Position numbers and translations under genes: made by a program
The notes under the pieces: model-generated
Databases searched by the model: none
What the model was told of the DNA's origin: nothing
What the model saw: only the letters and a program-made list of their open reading frames with translations
Assembly (NCBI GenBank): GCA_025361485.1
Contig: JANYLA010000162.1
Location: forward strand, 3,969 to 67,968
DNA: 64,000 nucleotides
From: Bacteroidales bacterium
GTDB lineage: Bacteria > Bacteroidota > Bacteroidia > Bacteroidales > Tenuifilaceae
Direction of reading: 5' to 3'
Part shown: positions 29,565 through 38,808 of the stretch, piece by piece
How the letters are laid out: every line of letters starts with the position of its first letter
How positions within the stretch are numbered: the first letter of the stretch is position 1

Positions 29565-30824
29565 ATGAAAACCAAACTTCAAATAACCAGCATTGCTCTA
29601 ATAGGTTTATTATTTGCCTCATGCTCATCGAGCATGTATATGAGCAAATCATCTGCGTCTTCGACGGATGATATCTATTATACTCCTAGTAAAACATCAT
29701 CTACGACAGCTGATTCAGACAAACTCTCAACTTTAAAGGACCAGAATCAAGAGCCTGAAAAAATGAATATTGATCAATTAGAGAAAAAGTATTCTCAAAT
29801 AATATCTTCCTCTGATTCAGCAAGTATTGACACACTCATATACAAAGATGAAAGCACAAACCCTTTCGAAAGTAGAATAAGGGCTCGAAACTATAGTTTT
29901 GGAATGTCGGATTATTCTATCTATTTCTCAGATGATTTTAGATGGTATTTAAACGCATACGATCCTTCCTTTTACTATCTTGCAATAGTGGGTGATCAGG
30001 TTTGGGCGGCGCCAAGGTATGGCTTATCAATGTATTATAATTCATGGATAGGGTTAGGATTTGGCTTGAATTCATGGTATTCAAATTATTATTCTCCATA
30101 TTATGGTTACAATAATTGGTACGGTTGGAATCCATATTACTGGAATAGTAATTATTACACCAATGTAAACTTCAACAACAATAATTACTATTATGGCAGA
30201 CGATCGGATTTAGCTTCCTCAAGTATAACTCCTAATTTCCGTACAAGAAATACTTACGAAAATCAATTCATTTCATCACGCAGAACAACTGGAATCACAA
30301 CTGGGTTTAGAAGTACAAGAAACGTTGACATAAGAACCAGAAACACAAATCAAAGTGATGTCACACGTCTTGATGGTCAAGAGGTTACTGTCAGGAGTAA
30401 CCGCAATGGTGATATAAACACTACACGTTTAAGAGGTGAAGCAACAACTCGTAATATTAATTCCACCGAACCAACCCGACGAAACAACAATACCTATCAA
30501 ACCCCAAGATCTACTACTACTGATAGATATATAAGAACTGGTACGAGAAATCAAAATAACGAAGTCACAACAAGAGGTAATAATACTCGAAACACAACAA
30601 CTACAAGAGAAACTAGGAATACTTCACCTACTTACAATAGACCAAACCGAGTAGAAACTTCTAACGATAGACAAAGGACAACATCGACCAACAATTCTAA
30701 TCGTGAATCAACAGTATCTCGAGGATCAAACAGCAATACTTCTTCGGGAACCAATGCAAACTCAGGTTCTAACTCAAATTCTCAAAATAGCAGTTCGTCA
30801 AGCAGCAGGGAAAGAAGAAGATAA
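29565..30824 (+). CDS. Lipoprotein with extreme low-complexity regions (N/Y/W-rich core, T/R/N/S-rich basic tail)
   Basis: Lipobox LLFASCSS. YYSPYYGYNNWYGWNPYYWNSNYY segment. The last ~200 aa are almost only T, R, N and S and end in SSSSSSRERRR. Confidence 0.65.
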   Translation: MKTKLQITSIALIGLLFASCSSSMYMSKSSASSTDDIYYTPSKTSSTTADSDKLSTLKDQNQEPEKMNIDQLEKKYSQIISSSDSASIDTLIYKDESTNPFESRIRARNYSFGMSDYSIYFSDDFRWYLNAYDPSFYYLAIVGDQVWAAPRYGLSMYYNSWIGLGFGLNSWYSNYYSPYYGYNNWYGWNPYYWNSNYYTNVNFNNNNYYYGRRSDLASSSITPNFRTRNTYENQFISSRRTTGITTGFRSTRNVDIRTRNTNQSDVTRLDGQEVTVRSNRNGDINTTRLRGEATTRNINSTEPTRRNNNTYQTPRSTTTDRYIRTGTRNQNNEVTTRGNNTRNTTTTRETRNTSPTYNRPNRVETSNDRQRTTSTNNSNRESTVSRGSNSNTSSGTNANSGSNSNSQNSSSSSSRERRR

Positions 30825-30897
30825 CTTATTGTAGTCAACTGAATAATTATTATGAAAATAATTTTAAAGCCTTCATTGCAACAACTATCATAATTCT

Positions 30898-32427
30898 ATG
30901 AAAACAAAAATATTAATATCGATAATATTCTCCTTGTTTGTTTTATCAACAAATGCTCAGAATTCTTCTGACGCATTAAATTATTCTCAAACTTTTAATG
31001 AAGGAACTGCTCGTTTTACAAGTATGGGCGGGGCTTTTGGAGCGCTTGGAGGGGATTTTAGTTCGATTAGCCTTAACCCTGCGGGACTTGGCGTTTACCG
31101 TTCGTCTGAATTTACACTAACCCCTTCGTTTAAAAGTCGTACTATTAATTCTGTTTATAATGGTGAAACTGGTGTTGATGCAAGAGGTTTATTAAATTTA
31201 GAAAATATTGGTTTTGTTTACTCATACAAACCAGCTGGTGATAGACAAACTGGTTTAGTTAATATGAATATTGCTTTTGGTTATAACAAAACGAAAGACT
31301 TCAACTCTTATGCTGTCGCAAAGGGATATAATTCTGATAATTCTATAATGGACATCTTTGCTGACCAAGCGTATGGATTCAGCCCAAGCGAACTTGATTT
31401 TCATGTTCCGAAAGATAATTTCAATCCATATTATGATGAGCCATATGCACCATGGGGTGCTATCATGGCATGGAGAACTTATTTAATTGATCCTGCTGTT
31501 GGAGGTGGTTATATCAGAGCACTAAATAACGGGGATAAAGTACTACAAAGGAATTCGATATCAACCGCAGGATCATCTGGCGATTACCTGTTTTCGATGG
31601 GCTTTAACATATCAAATAAAATATACCTCGGCACAACCTTAACCATGCAAGGATTAAACTACTCATATTCTGCAGCATACGGTGAAAGCGCTTCAGGGAA
31701 TGACACATTGGAAACTGGCGACAGGTTCAACTCACTTGTATATAATCAGAATTTTGAAACCGTTGGCAAAGGTTATAACTTGAAAATAGGAGGTATTTAT
31801 AAACCTTTTGACGGTTTACGTATCGGCTTAGCATTACATACACCAACCTACTATAAACTCCAAGATACATATTCATACTCCTTAAGTTCTGATGTGCACT
31901 ATGGAACGATATCAGAAACTTCACCCAACGGAAGATACGATTATCAACTAGAAACTCCTTTTAAAGCTATTGCAAGTATTGCATATACTTTTAAAGGTTT
32001 TGGATTAATTAGCATAGATGTTGAACATGTAAACTACACTTCAATGCGCTTAAGAAACGAAGTGGATGGAAGTGCATTTACCGATGCAAATGATGCCATT
32101 GATTCAACCTATATTAATGTCAACAACATAAAGATTGGCGGAGAGGTTAAAATTAATGACTTTTTTCTGAGAGGTGGTTATGCCTTTTATCCAAGCCCTT
32201 ACAAAAAAGGTTCAGTGAATGAAAATGCTAATCGTTCGATAATTTCTGGAGGTATAGGTTATCGTTCAGGCAATTTCTTTATAGATGCTGCATACCTTTA
32301 TTCAATGCAAAATGAAAAGTATTATTTCTACAATGTACAGTATGATAACTATTCAATTGCTACAAAGCCAACCTCTACAAAAATGACTGAGGGGAAATTC
32401 CTTGTTACCGTAGGATTGAAATTTTAA
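30898..32427 (+). CDS. FadL/OmpP1/TodX-like outer-membrane beta-barrel protein
   Basis: Signal peptide. N-terminal GTARFTSMGGAFGALGGDFSSISLNPAGLG resembles the FadL-family hatch region. The C-terminus ends in F. Confidence 0.5.
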   Translation: MKTKILISIIFSLFVLSTNAQNSSDALNYSQTFNEGTARFTSMGGAFGALGGDFSSISLNPAGLGVYRSSEFTLTPSFKSRTINSVYNGETGVDARGLLNLENIGFVYSYKPAGDRQTGLVNMNIAFGYNKTKDFNSYAVAKGYNSDNSIMDIFADQAYGFSPSELDFHVPKDNFNPYYDEPYAPWGAIMAWRTYLIDPAVGGGYIRALNNGDKVLQRNSISTAGSSGDYLFSMGFNISNKIYLGTTLTMQGLNYSYSAAYGESASGNDTLETGDRFNSLVYNQNFETVGKGYNLKIGGIYKPFDGLRIGLALHTPTYYKLQDTYSYSLSSDVHYGTISETSPNGRYDYQLETPFKAIASIAYTFKGFGLISIDVEHVNYTSMRLRNEVDGSAFTDANDAIDSTYINVNNIKIGGEVKINDFFLRGGYAFYPSPYKKGSVNENANRSIISGGIGYRSGNFFIDAAYLYSMQNEKYYFYNVQYDNYSIATKPTSTKMTEGKFLVTVGLKF

Positions 32428-32448
32428 AGATTCGGTTTGAAATAAAAG

Positions 32449-32478
32449 GCCTGCCAAAACAATTAGGCAGGCTTTTTT
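32449..32478. terminator. Bidirectional hairpin terminator between convergent genes
   Basis: gcctgcc / ggcaggc stem with A-run upstream and T-run downstream. The wbqC-like stop codon lies in the loop. Confidence 0.65.
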
Positions 32479-33116
32479 ATTATTGAGCTTTCGATAATCC
32501 CCAAAGCATCTAATCCTTCGTTAAACAAGAGATCGATTATACTAAGGTTTGGGTGGAAATTGAACTTATCGTTAAATACTTGGTAGTATTTGGTTGGCAA
32601 AAAAGAATTATCTGACACTTGATGTTGAGATTTTGGATGAATAGTTGTTCTAAAATCATCTACGGTATCAGGATAAGTCTTTATATACTCATTGCTATTA
32701 GTTAGCAACTTGTTCACACTCATAAAGTTTAAGAACTCATCGATTAATTTGCTGTTGAAATCTACTAACAAATACTCTCTCCTGCTGTAATAAGGGCTTA
32801 AAATATCTGCAACAAAATCAAAGTACGTTGAGTTTCGATACGCCGATTCAATGGCTTTCCAATGATTCTTTTGCCAATTTGTAGAGTTATCAATTTCAAC
32901 ATCTTTTGTCAAAGTATTGTTACCATTCACTTTCACAACAGGTATCGATAATGTAAGCAATCCATTACAACTAAGTATCTCGCATCGGTTACGATAGCTT
33001 TGCTTTGGAAAAGTTTCATAAACTTCAAGCACCACATCACTATAGCTAAAAAACTTCGCCATATATTGAATGGGCGGCAAGTAAGACGTTGAAAGGATTA
33101 CAGTTTCGTTACTCAT
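32463..33116 (-). CDS. WbqC family protein
   Basis: YLPPIQYMAKF...FPKQSYRNRCEI matches the WbqC pattern. I prefer the start at MSNETVIL (33116). Confidence 0.7.
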   Translation of the reverse strand: MSNETVILSTSYLPPIQYMAKFFSYSDVVLEVYETFPKQSYRNRCEILSCNGLLTLSIPVVKVNGNNTLTKDVEIDNSTNWQKNHWKAIESAYRNSTYFDFVADILSPYYSRREYLLVDFNSKLIDEFLNFMSVNKLLTNSNEYIKTYPDTVDDFRTTIHPKSQHQVSDNSFLPTKYYQVFNDKFNFHPNLSIIDLLFNEGLDALGIIESSIIKKPA

Positions 33117-33184
33117 TAATTGGTGTTTGAAAGAAACCCTCAAAGGTATGACCTTTGAGGGTTTTTAAATAATTGCTATGAATA

Positions 33185-34537
33185 TTAATGAATGGTTCTA
33201 AACATTCTGCCCCAACGGATATTTCCTGGGAAACCTTTCTCTTTATCGAGCGAAAGCCATACAAAAACAGCTTTTCCAACAACGTGATCCTCTGGAACAA
33301 ATCCCCAAAAACGTCCATCGGCAGAATTATGGCGATTATCACCCATCATAAAGTAGTAATCCATCTTAAAAGTATAGCTAGTTGCTGGTTTTCCATTTAT
33401 GTAGATTACCCCATCTTTTACCGATAAATCATTGTTCTCGTAAACATCAATGATTCGTTGGTAAATTGGAAGATTATCAATACTCAGCGAAACGGTTACC
33501 CCTTTTTCAGGAACAACCAATGGGCCAAAATTATCCTCAGTCCATGGAAATTTGGGACTATGAGGAAAAATGGAATTAACCATCATTGCTGAGTTGGTAT
33601 TCTCCATTTTAACAACGCTAACCACATTACTGTACCCCCTAATCTTTTCAGCAGCCTCGTCGGTTAAAGGAAGACGGCTATAAATACTTGAAGCAGAGTT
33701 GAAATTCTGATCTGCTTTTGAAACTTTTAAATCATCAAAATGCATCGAATTAATTGGAGTTCCATTTGTTTGTACGATATAGCTGTACTGAACCTTACCG
33801 ATGATTTCCTGCTTTTGGCTATTGATAAAAAGTTGATCATGTTTTACAAATAAAGTATCACCTGGAATTGCAACGCACCTTTTTATATAGTTTTCCTGTT
33901 TATCCACGGGTCTACTAATGATATTGAAATTTTTCCATAGATAATCGCGCCCATAATCGCGAACCATGCTATGGTAACTAACATCCTGATATTGCAAAAT
34001 AACCGTATCGCCTTCAGGGAAATTAAAAACAACAACGTCGTTTCTTTTAATCTTCTCTAAACCAACAAGTCTTTTATATGGCCATTTAATCCATTCAACA
34101 AACGATTTTGTTTCCTTACAAAAGGGTAAAGTATGATGTACAAATGGAAAAGACAAAGGAGTATTCGGCAGTTTAGGACCATAGCTAACCTTGCTAACAA
34201 ATAGGTAATCGCCAATTAAAAGGGACTTTTCCATTGAAGAGGTAGGAATAGTATACGCCTCTATAAAAAACATCCTTATTAAAGTCGCTGCAACTACAGC
34301 AAATATAATCGCATCAACCCATTCTACTATTGCACTTTTCTTTTTCCCATCACGTTTCTTCCAGAAGGTCCAATTCACTTTACGGCTAACATATAAATCG
34401 TAAATTATTGCAATACCGGGAAGTAACCATAGGTTCCTCAACCAGATTATCCAAAGAAGATAAATTAAGGCTGCAAAGCCAAACTTAAAATACTTATTTG
34501 CTAAAAAATTCTTAATCCTTATTATCATAACCTTCAA
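33185..34537 (-). CDS. lepB: Signal peptidase I
   Basis: Catalytic Ser SSMEKSLLIGDYLFVSK, Lys box, and GDNRHNSADGRFWGFVP. Confidence 0.9.
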   Translation of the reverse strand: MKVMIIRIKNFLANKYFKFGFAALIYLLWIIWLRNLWLLPGIAIIYDLYVSRKVNWTFWKKRDGKKKSAIVEWVDAIIFAVVAATLIRMFFIEAYTIPTSSMEKSLLIGDYLFVSKVSYGPKLPNTPLSFPFVHHTLPFCKETKSFVEWIKWPYKRLVGLEKIKRNDVVVFNFPEGDTVILQYQDVSYHSMVRDYGRDYLWKNFNIISRPVDKQENYIKRCVAIPGDTLFVKHDQLFINSQKQEIIGKVQYSYIVQTNGTPINSMHFDDLKVSKADQNFNSASSIYSRLPLTDEAAEKIRGYSNVVSVVKMENTNSAMMVNSIFPHSPKFPWTEDNFGPLVVPEKGVTVSLSIDNLPIYQRIIDVYENNDLSVKDGVIYINGKPATSYTFKMDYYFMMGDNRHNSADGRFWGFVPEDHVVGKAVFVWLSLDKEKGFPGNIRWGRMFRTIH

Positions 34538-34576
34538 TTTTATTAAACCTTCGCAATTATAGTTCTAAATGTTGTA

Positions 34577-35296
34577 TTATTCAATTTTTAAAAGATCGTC
34601 CATTGTAAAAAAACCTTTTTTGCCAATAAGAAATTCTCCGGCTAAAACTGCTCCCAGAGCAAATCCTCTCCTACTTTTAGCCCGATGAACAAATATAATT
34701 TCATCCTGTTCTGAGTCAAATATAACAGAGTGAGTTCCTGGAATATTAGCCACTCTAACCGCTTCAATCGGTATTTTGTTTTCAACCCTTTCTGGTAGCA
34801 ATGTCCAACCCGTTATTTCATCAATCGATTCAGTTATTATTTGGGCCATGGTAATTGCAGTACCACTTGGAGCATCTAATTTTTGGGTATGGTGGATCTC
34901 CTTAATTGCAGCCGAATATCCTTTTACTGAATTGAAATAATTAGCCAGAATTTTATTTAACCGAAAATAAAGGTTTACCCCAATGCTATAATTTGAGGCA
35001 TAGAAGAGCGATGTTTTTCCATTATTAGCAATCGCTTTTATTTCCTCCAGTTTATCAAGCCACCCAGTCGTACCAACAACAACAGGAACTCCAGCTTCTA
35101 AACAAACCATAATGTTTTGGAAAACAGTATGGGGCGTACTAAATTCGATGGCAACATCAGCTTTTCTAATATTATCAAAAGTTAAATCGTTTTGGTTATC
35201 CCTATCAATAGTTAAAACGATTTGATGATTTCGTTCTAAGGCCGCTGCTTCAATTTCGTGACCCATTTTACCATATCCTATCAATGCAATCTTCAT
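34577..35296 (-). CDS. dapB: 4-hydroxy-tetrahydrodipicolinate reductase
   Basis: MKIALIGYGKMG NAD(P)-binding N-terminus and EIHHTQKLDAPSGTA. I prefer the start at 35296 over the ORF-track start at 35347. Confidence 0.9.
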   Translation of the reverse strand: MKIALIGYGKMGHEIEAAALERNHQIVLTIDRDNQNDLTFDNIRKADVAIEFSTPHTVFQNIMVCLEAGVPVVVGTTGWLDKLEEIKAIANNGKTSLFYASNYSIGVNLYFRLNKILANYFNSVKGYSAAIKEIHHTQKLDAPSGTAITMAQIITESIDEITGWTLLPERVENKIPIEAVRVANIPGTHSVIFDSEQDEIIFVHRAKSRRGFALGAVLAGEFLIGKKGFFTMDDLLKIE

Positions 35297-35391
35297 ACAC
35301 CTTTTTAGTTTACAATTTGGCTTGAAAGTTACAAAAGCCAAGAACAAATTTTATTCTTTTATAAAACTATAATTTAAAAATGTAGTTAAAT

Positions 35392-35422
35392 AAAAAAAGG
35401 GAAGATAATCTTCCCTTTTTTT
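35392..35422 (-). terminator. Rho-independent terminator after rplT (bidirectional shape)
   Basis: gggaaga / tcttccc stem with loop taa, flanked by an A-run and a T-run. Confidence 0.8.
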
Positions 35423-35439
35423 ATTGTGAATTGTTCAAA

Positions 35440-35784
35440 CTATTTAACTGAATCAACAATTTTTTTAAATGTATCAGGCTCGTTCATGGCTAAGTCGGCA
35501 AGAACCTTACGGTTAATTACAATACCTTTTTTGTTAACTTTTCCGATAAACTCTGAATAAGACATTCCGAAAGGTCTAACTGCAGCATTAATACGCTGAA
35601 TCCAAACTGCACGGAATTCTGCTTTTTTCTTCTTCCGGTCACGATAAGCGTAACCTAAACCTTTTTCTACGGTGTTTTTTGCAACCGTATAAACACTTCT
35701 ACGACCTAGGAAATTACCTTTGGCCATATCGAGAATCTTCTTCCTTCTTGCTCTCGATGCAACTGCGTTTACTGAACGTGGCAT
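35440..35784 (-). CDS. rplT: 50S ribosomal protein L20
   Basis: [18 protein letters not shown]... is a canonical L20 sequence. Confidence 0.95.
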   Translation of the reverse strand: MPRSVNAVASRARRKKILDMAKGNFLGRRSVYTVAKNTVEKGLGYAYRDRKKKKAEFRAVWIQRINAAVRPFGMSYSEFIGKVNKKGIVINRKVLADLAMNEPDTFKKIVDSVK

Positions 35785-35886
35785 TTTTTACAGATTTTGA
35801 ATGGTTAGCGTTCCATTTAAGGACTCTTCGGGCTAATTCATTCTGGTTAATAAATTAAAAAACTAAATCAAAAAAAGAACGCTGAA

Positions 35887-36084
35887 TTACTTAAGACCCA
35901 ACATAAGCTTAACTCGACCTAGGTCGACTTTAGCAACTAAACCCGCATGGGTTAAGTTTCTTTTCTGCTTGGTTTCCTTTTTTGTAAGGATGTGACTCTT
36001 GTAAGCATGTTTCCTTTTGATTTTCCCAGTACCGGTCAAAGAAAATCTCTTCTTTGCTCCGGAATTTGTCTTCATTTTAGGCAT
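35887..36084 (-). CDS. rpmI: 50S ribosomal protein L35
   Basis: [14 protein letters not shown]... is a canonical L35 sequence. Confidence 0.95.
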   Translation of the reverse strand: MPKMKTNSGAKKRFSLTGTGKIKRKHAYKSHILTKKETKQKRNLTHAGLVAKVDLGRVKLMLGLK

Positions 36085-36108
36085 TCTTACTATCTATTTT
36101 ATTTAAAA

Positions 36109-36681
36109 CTATTTCTTTTTTGCGGCTTTAGGAGTAATAAATATTGTCATCCTTTTGCCTTCTAATTTTGGAAGTTGTTCAACTTTACCAATCTCTTCTA
36201 AATCCTGTGCAAATCTCAAAAGAAGTATTTCGCCTTGCTCCTTGAAAAGAATTGAACGACCTTTAAAGAACACATACGCTTTAACTTTCGAACCTTCTGT
36301 TAAAAAATTCTGAGCGTGTTTCAACTTAAAATTATAATCGTGCTCATCAGTGTTAGGGCCAAAACGAATTTCTTTAACAACAACCTTTTGAGTATTTGCC
36401 CTGATCTCCTTTTGCTTCTTCTTCTGTTGATAAAGAAATTTTTGGAAATCAATTATCCTGCAAATAGGTGGATCTGCCTTATCGGAAATAAGAACTAAAT
36501 CAAGTTCATGGCTTTCAGCTATCCTTCTAGCTTCTTCAATAGAGACGACCCCTTGGCCCTCAATATTATCGCCTACAATACGGACAAGTTTATATCTGAT
36601 TTGTTCATTTATCAGAAATTTGTTGTCCTTATCTTGCCTTTTTATTAAAACAGGTGCAGCTATTGTTTTATCCTCCGATAT
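36109..36681 (-). CDS. infC: Translation initiation factor IF-3 with a non-AUG start
   Basis: The ORF track shows only the C-terminal 71 aa from an internal ATG. The frame is open back to a TAA at 36685-87. Upstream it encodes ...[80 protein letters not shown], a typical IF-3 N-domain and linker. No in-frame ATG exists, so the candidate start is ATA at 36681 (or ATA at 36663). Confidence 0.85.
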   Translation of the reverse strand: MSEDKTIAAPVLIKRQDKDNKFLINEQIRYKLVRIVGDNIEGQGVVSIEEARRIAESHELDLVLISDKADPPICRIIDFQKFLYQQKKKQKEIRANTQKVVVKEIRFGPNTDEHDYNFKLKHAQNFLTEGSKVKAYVFFKGRSILFKEQGEILLLRFAQDLEEIGKVEQLPKLEGKRMTIFITPKAAKKK

Positions 36682-36702
36682 TAGTTAGTAATTGTTTTTA
36701 AA

Positions 36703-38637
36703 CTATTCAAGTTGTTTCTTAATTTCATCATTAATTAAGTTGACGAATTCTTCGAGTTTCATTTGACCTTTATCGCCATCTCCTTGCACTCTTACAGCAA
36801 CTAGGTCGGATTCAGCCTCTTTTTCTCCAACAATAAGTAGATATGGAATTCTCTTTAACTCGTTGTCCCTTATCTTTTTACCTATTTTCTCGTTTCGGTC
36901 GTCAATCAGCGTGCGAATATCGGAATTATTTAGGAAATTCAAAACTTTTTTTGCGTAATCGTTATATTTTTCGCTGATTGGTAAAATAACGGCCTGATCG
37001 GGGGTTAACCAAAGTGGGAATTTCCCTCCTGTATGCTCTATTAATACTGCAACAAATCGTTCCATAGAACCGAATGGTGCACGGTGAATCATAATTGGAC
37101 GATAACGCTTATCATCCGCTCCAATGTACTCAAGCTGGAATCGTTCAGGTAAGTTGTAATCTACTTGAATAGTTCCAAGCTGCCATTTACGACCAATGGC
37201 ATCTTTAACCATAAAATCGAGTTTTGGACCATAGAAAGCCGCTTCGCCAACTACGCTTACTGTCTTTAACCCTTTCTCATTTGATGCTTCAATAATTGCA
37301 CTTTCAGCTTTGTCCCAATTTTCATCGGAGCCAATATATTTTTCTTTATCGTCAGGATCTCTTAACGAAATTTGAGCGGTGTAATCAGTAAAGTTTAGTG
37401 TTTTGAAGATATATAAGACGATATCGATAACTTTCATAAATTCCTCTTTCAGCTGATCAGGACGAACGAATAGATGCGCATCATCCTGTGTAAATCCACG
37501 AACCCTGGTTAACCCATGAAGTTCACCGCTCTGCTCGTAACGGTAAACAGTACCAAACTCGGCGAAACGAACAGGTAAATCTTTATATGAGCGGGGTTTT
37601 GATTTGTATATCTCACAATGGTGAGGGCAATTCATTGGCTTAAGCATAAACTCCTCACCTTCCTGAGGTGTTGTAATTGGTCGGAAACTATCCTTTCCGT
37701 ACTTTGCCCAGTGACCAGAAGTAATATAAAGTTCTTTTTGACCAATATGTGGGGTTATTACCTGTTCATACCCATATTTCTTTTGAACTTTTTTAAGAAA
37801 CTGCTCCAATTTATCGCGAAGCGCAGTTCCGCGTGGTAACCATAATGGTAAGCCAGCACCAACATTTTGCGAAAATGTAAAAAGTTCTAATTCTTTACCA
37901 ATTTTACGATGATCGCGCTTTTTGGCCTCTTCGAGCAAAACTAAGTACTCGTCGAGCAATTTCTTCTGAGGGAATGAAACTCCATAGATACGGGTTAACA
38001 TCTTATTTTTCTCGTTACCTCTCCAATATGCACCTGCAATGCTCAACAGCTTTACTGATTTAATAAAACTCGTATCGGGTAAGTGAGGACCACGGCACAA
38101 ATCGGTGAATGAACCTTGAGTATAAAGTGTTATTGTGCCATCCTGGAGATCGGTGATAAGTTCAACCTTATATATATCGCCCTTTTCATTATAAGTTTTA
38201 AGCGCTTCGGCTTTTGTAACCTCACTACGAACAATATCTTGCTTTTCACGAACAAATTCCATCATCTTCTCCTCAATCTTCACAAGATCCGCCTCGGTGA
38301 TGGTCGTCGCTCCAAAATCTATATCGTAGTAGAAGCCATTCTCAATGCTTGGGCCAATACCAAGTTTCGCCCCTGGATAAAGAACCTCAATGGCTTCAGC
38401 CATTAAGTGGGCTGATGAATGCCAGAATGCATGCTTCCCCTGATCATCATCCCATTTATGCAATTTGAGTGTAGAATTAGCTGTTATTGGGCGCGTTAAA
38501 TCCCATATCTCTCCGTTAACGGTTACAGAAAGAACCTCCTTAGCAAGCCTTTCCGATATATTTTTTGCAATTTCAAGTCCTGTTACACCCTTTGGGTATT
38601 CTCGGACATTGCCATCGGGAAATTTAATTTTAACCAT
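36703..38637 (-). CDS. thrS: Threonine--tRNA ligase
   Basis: 644 aa with TGS, editing, class II core and anticodon-binding domains. HCEIY and FYGPKLDF motifs are present. Confidence 0.95.
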   Translation of the reverse strand: MVKIKFPDGNVREYPKGVTGLEIAKNISERLAKEVLSVTVNGEIWDLTRPITANSTLKLHKWDDDQGKHAFWHSSAHLMAEAIEVLYPGAKLGIGPSIENGFYYDIDFGATTITEADLVKIEEKMMEFVREKQDIVRSEVTKAEALKTYNEKGDIYKVELITDLQDGTITLYTQGSFTDLCRGPHLPDTSFIKSVKLLSIAGAYWRGNEKNKMLTRIYGVSFPQKKLLDEYLVLLEEAKKRDHRKIGKELELFTFSQNVGAGLPLWLPRGTALRDKLEQFLKKVQKKYGYEQVITPHIGQKELYITSGHWAKYGKDSFRPITTPQEGEEFMLKPMNCPHHCEIYKSKPRSYKDLPVRFAEFGTVYRYEQSGELHGLTRVRGFTQDDAHLFVRPDQLKEEFMKVIDIVLYIFKTLNFTDYTAQISLRDPDDKEKYIGSDENWDKAESAIIEASNEKGLKTVSVVGEAAFYGPKLDFMVKDAIGRKWQLGTIQVDYNLPERFQLEYIGADDKRYRPIMIHRAPFGSMERFVAVLIEHTGGKFPLWLTPDQAVILPISEKYNDYAKKVLNFLNNSDIRTLIDDRNEKIGKKIRDNELKRIPYLLIVGEKEAESDLVAVRVQGDGDKGQMKLEEFVNLINDEIKKQLE

Positions 38638-38808
38638 ATCTGTAAAAAAATTTCTGCAAAATTAAGTATTTCTTTGTGAGTACAATGGTAATAATGCAAA
38701 GAGGTAAAAAAATACTCAAAGTTTTTAACGTTATGGCAAAAGAATTGTTTATCGAAATTAAGCCTTATCAAATTTTAAGCATCTTATCTAAAATAAAAAA
38801 CAATAGCG

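Noticed and set aside
33109-33342. 77-aa minus-strand ORF bridging lepB and the wbqC-like gene
   Set aside because: It overlaps the well-supported lepB 3' end in another frame and the short intergenic gap. It has no independent support.
36316-36498. 60-aa plus-strand ORF (poly-Leu)
   Set aside because: It is antisense to the infC coding region, whose frame is continuous and strongly IF-3-like. It is a low-complexity artefact.
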